Shown: positions 62,540 through 64,000 of the stretch, piece by piece
How positions within the stretch are numbered: position 1 is the stretch's first letter
How the letters are laid out: each line of letters opens with the position of its first letter
NCBI GenBank assembly: GCA_030265395.1
Contig: JARFYF010000051.1
Location: forward strand, 32,993,434-33,057,433
DNA length: 64,000 nt
DNA from: Rhina ancylostomus
Lineage: Eukaryota
Reading direction: 5' to 3'
The notes under the pieces: generated by a model
What the model was told of the DNA's origin: nothing
Database searches by the model: none
Seen by the model: the letters and a program-made list of their open reading frames with translations, nothing else
Made by a program: the position numbers and the translations under genes

Positions 62540-62990
62540 AAGAGAGTAGCTGCCTACTTACTTGAGTGGTTCCCAATCTACTGAAGCATCCAGTCCCTCA
62601 GAACTGGCGCATGGTGGCTGCTGTGTGTACCAGTTACAAAATGCACTACAACTATTTTCCTAGACTTCTCCAATAGTATCTCCCAAATGCTCCATCCCTA
62701 CCACCAAGAAGGATAAGAGCTTCAGACACATGGATGCACCATAACTTGCAGTTTCTCCTTCAAGTCAGCAACCATCCTTCTATCTCACACACTTCATCAC
62801 ATGGAGGTATATTGCTGCCCCTTCGATACCATGGGGAGCAAATCCAAGACCTCCCTCCCCAACAGTAGGACGATCTTCACCTGGGCAACTACAGCAGTTC
62901 AAGAGGGCAGGTCACCACCACCTTTTCAAGCACAGTAAGGGATGGGCAATAAATGCTGGCCTTGACACTGATGCTCCCATCCTAAAAAAT
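62540..62990 (+). mobile_element. CR1-like LINE 3' fragment
   Basis: gcagttcaagagggcaggtcaccaccaccttttcaag...agggatgggcaataaatgctggcc, followed by an A-rich end. Confidence 0.6.
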
Positions 62991-63073
62991 ATAACGAGAA
63001 ACTGTAATTAGTGTTCAATTTACTTCATGTTTAACTCAACTCTTTTTATCTTCAATCTTCATCCAACCTGCAG

Positions 63074-63085
63074 ATCCTCCCCAAG
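63074..63085 (+). CDS. Possible 12-nt troponin T microexon (D-PPQ)
   Basis: Long pyrimidine tract then ctgcag|, phase 1-1 and open, but the donor AAG|gttttg is weak. Confidence 0.25.
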
Positions 63086-63237
63086 GTTTTGTTTTATATT
63101 TGTTTTAATTTTCTGAAATGGTGTCTACTAACATTTACCTTTGATCCACATAAGGAACCAAAATGATTTATTGCTTTAGTGTGTCAGGTAAACCATAACT
63201 GCCACCCTGCCCTTTAGCTTCAAGCAGAAGTATGGAT

Positions 63238-63372
63238 AACATACTGCAGATGCTGGAATCTGGAGCAACTAACAATCTACTAGAGGAGCTCAGTGGATCA
63301 AGCAAGTTGACTATGTCCTGATGCAGGGTCTCAACAGGAAACATCAACAATTCCTTTCCTCCCACAGATGTA
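63238..63372. mobile_element. Penelope terminal-repeat fragment with a degenerate hammerhead (ctgatgc...gaaa)
   Basis: ctgcagatgctggaatctggagcaac...gtcctgatgcagggtctcaacaggaaacatc. Confidence 0.55.
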
Positions 63373-63673
63373 AATATTGGATTCCCTGAGAAATTATGAT
63401 TAAGGAAGTGTAACCTGGGGGATCAGGGCTACAGTGTTGGAGTGCTGACACTACACCATTCTCTTTTCAGACTAAGATTGGAGGAGTATTGCCAATTTAA
63501 GTTACTTATCTGAATCACCCATGGTACAAATTGGTTAATTTGGATCTTTTAACTGTTGTGCCTAATTTAAATAACATTCACATTCATGCTTTTCAGAATT
63601 AAATTTACTTTTAAAAAAAAATTCTAAGCTTGGATATTCCGTGATGGAAATTTTAACTCGTTAGATGAGAAGC

Positions 63674-63675
<2 letters not shown>

Positions 63676-63724
<49 letters not shown>

Positions 63725-63846
63725 TGATATATATTTGTTCTTNNNNNNNNNNNNNNNNNNNNNNNNNNNNNNNNNNNNNNNNNNNNNNNNNNNNNNNNNN
63801 NNNNNNNNNNNNNNNNNNNNNNNNNNNNNNNNNNNNNNNNNNAAGC

Positions 63847-63886
<40 letters not shown>
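63676..63886. repeat. (TG)n microsatellite, present twice around an assembly gap
   Basis: Read directly. The flanks aagcagg and tttgatatatattt recur on both sides of the gap. Confidence 0.9.
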
Positions 63887-63888
<2 letters not shown>

Positions 63889-64000
63889 TTGATATATATT
63901 TCTTCTTTGCTGGCAAGACCAGTGTTTATTGGCTGAGCATTGTCCCCTTAATTGAAAGGGTTTCTAATGAGTGTTAATTGGATGGAAGATTCAAACGTAT

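Noticed and set aside
1-64000. CRISPR arrays, prokaryotic systems, tRNA or rRNA genes
   Set aside because: None seen. The tRNA-like A/B boxes all belong to SINE heads.

Overview
Vertebrate genomic DNA (AT-rich, CpG-depleted, with many N gaps). The repeat content (V-domain HE1-type SINEs, CR1, L2, Rex1/Babar, Tx1 and Penelope fragments) points to a cartilaginous fish, probably a ray or shark. Two spliced genes lie on the + strand, and the ORF track does not represent either. (1) The 3' part of caldesmon (CALD1): nine coding exons or exon parts between <1 and 37625, all with GT-AG boundaries and consistent phase. They encode the C-terminal actin/calmodulin-binding region and a chicken-like tail (...NGMAHYENEP*), followed by a 3' UTR of about 1.3 kb. 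(2) About 9.5 kb further on, a CpG-island/CCAAT promoter and the first exons of a gene with an acidic N-terminus built from microexons (MADIEDTLEELQ-EKEE-VVEEEEEEEDLKEETKLEE-EDSSLLQTQQPTDE). Its exon-phase pattern is that of troponin T. Its position next to CALD1 suggests the little-studied fourth paralogue (TNNT4), although the conserved TnT core lies outside the window. Other signals: tandem NAGNAG acceptors, three possible caldesmon C-termini, a TIR-bounded element plus an inverted 360-bp copy in a CALD1 intron, CTCF-like sites, a Penelope-borne minimal hammerhead ribozyme with an intact core, and nested transposon insertions. Repeat boundaries and family calls were made by eye and are approximate.
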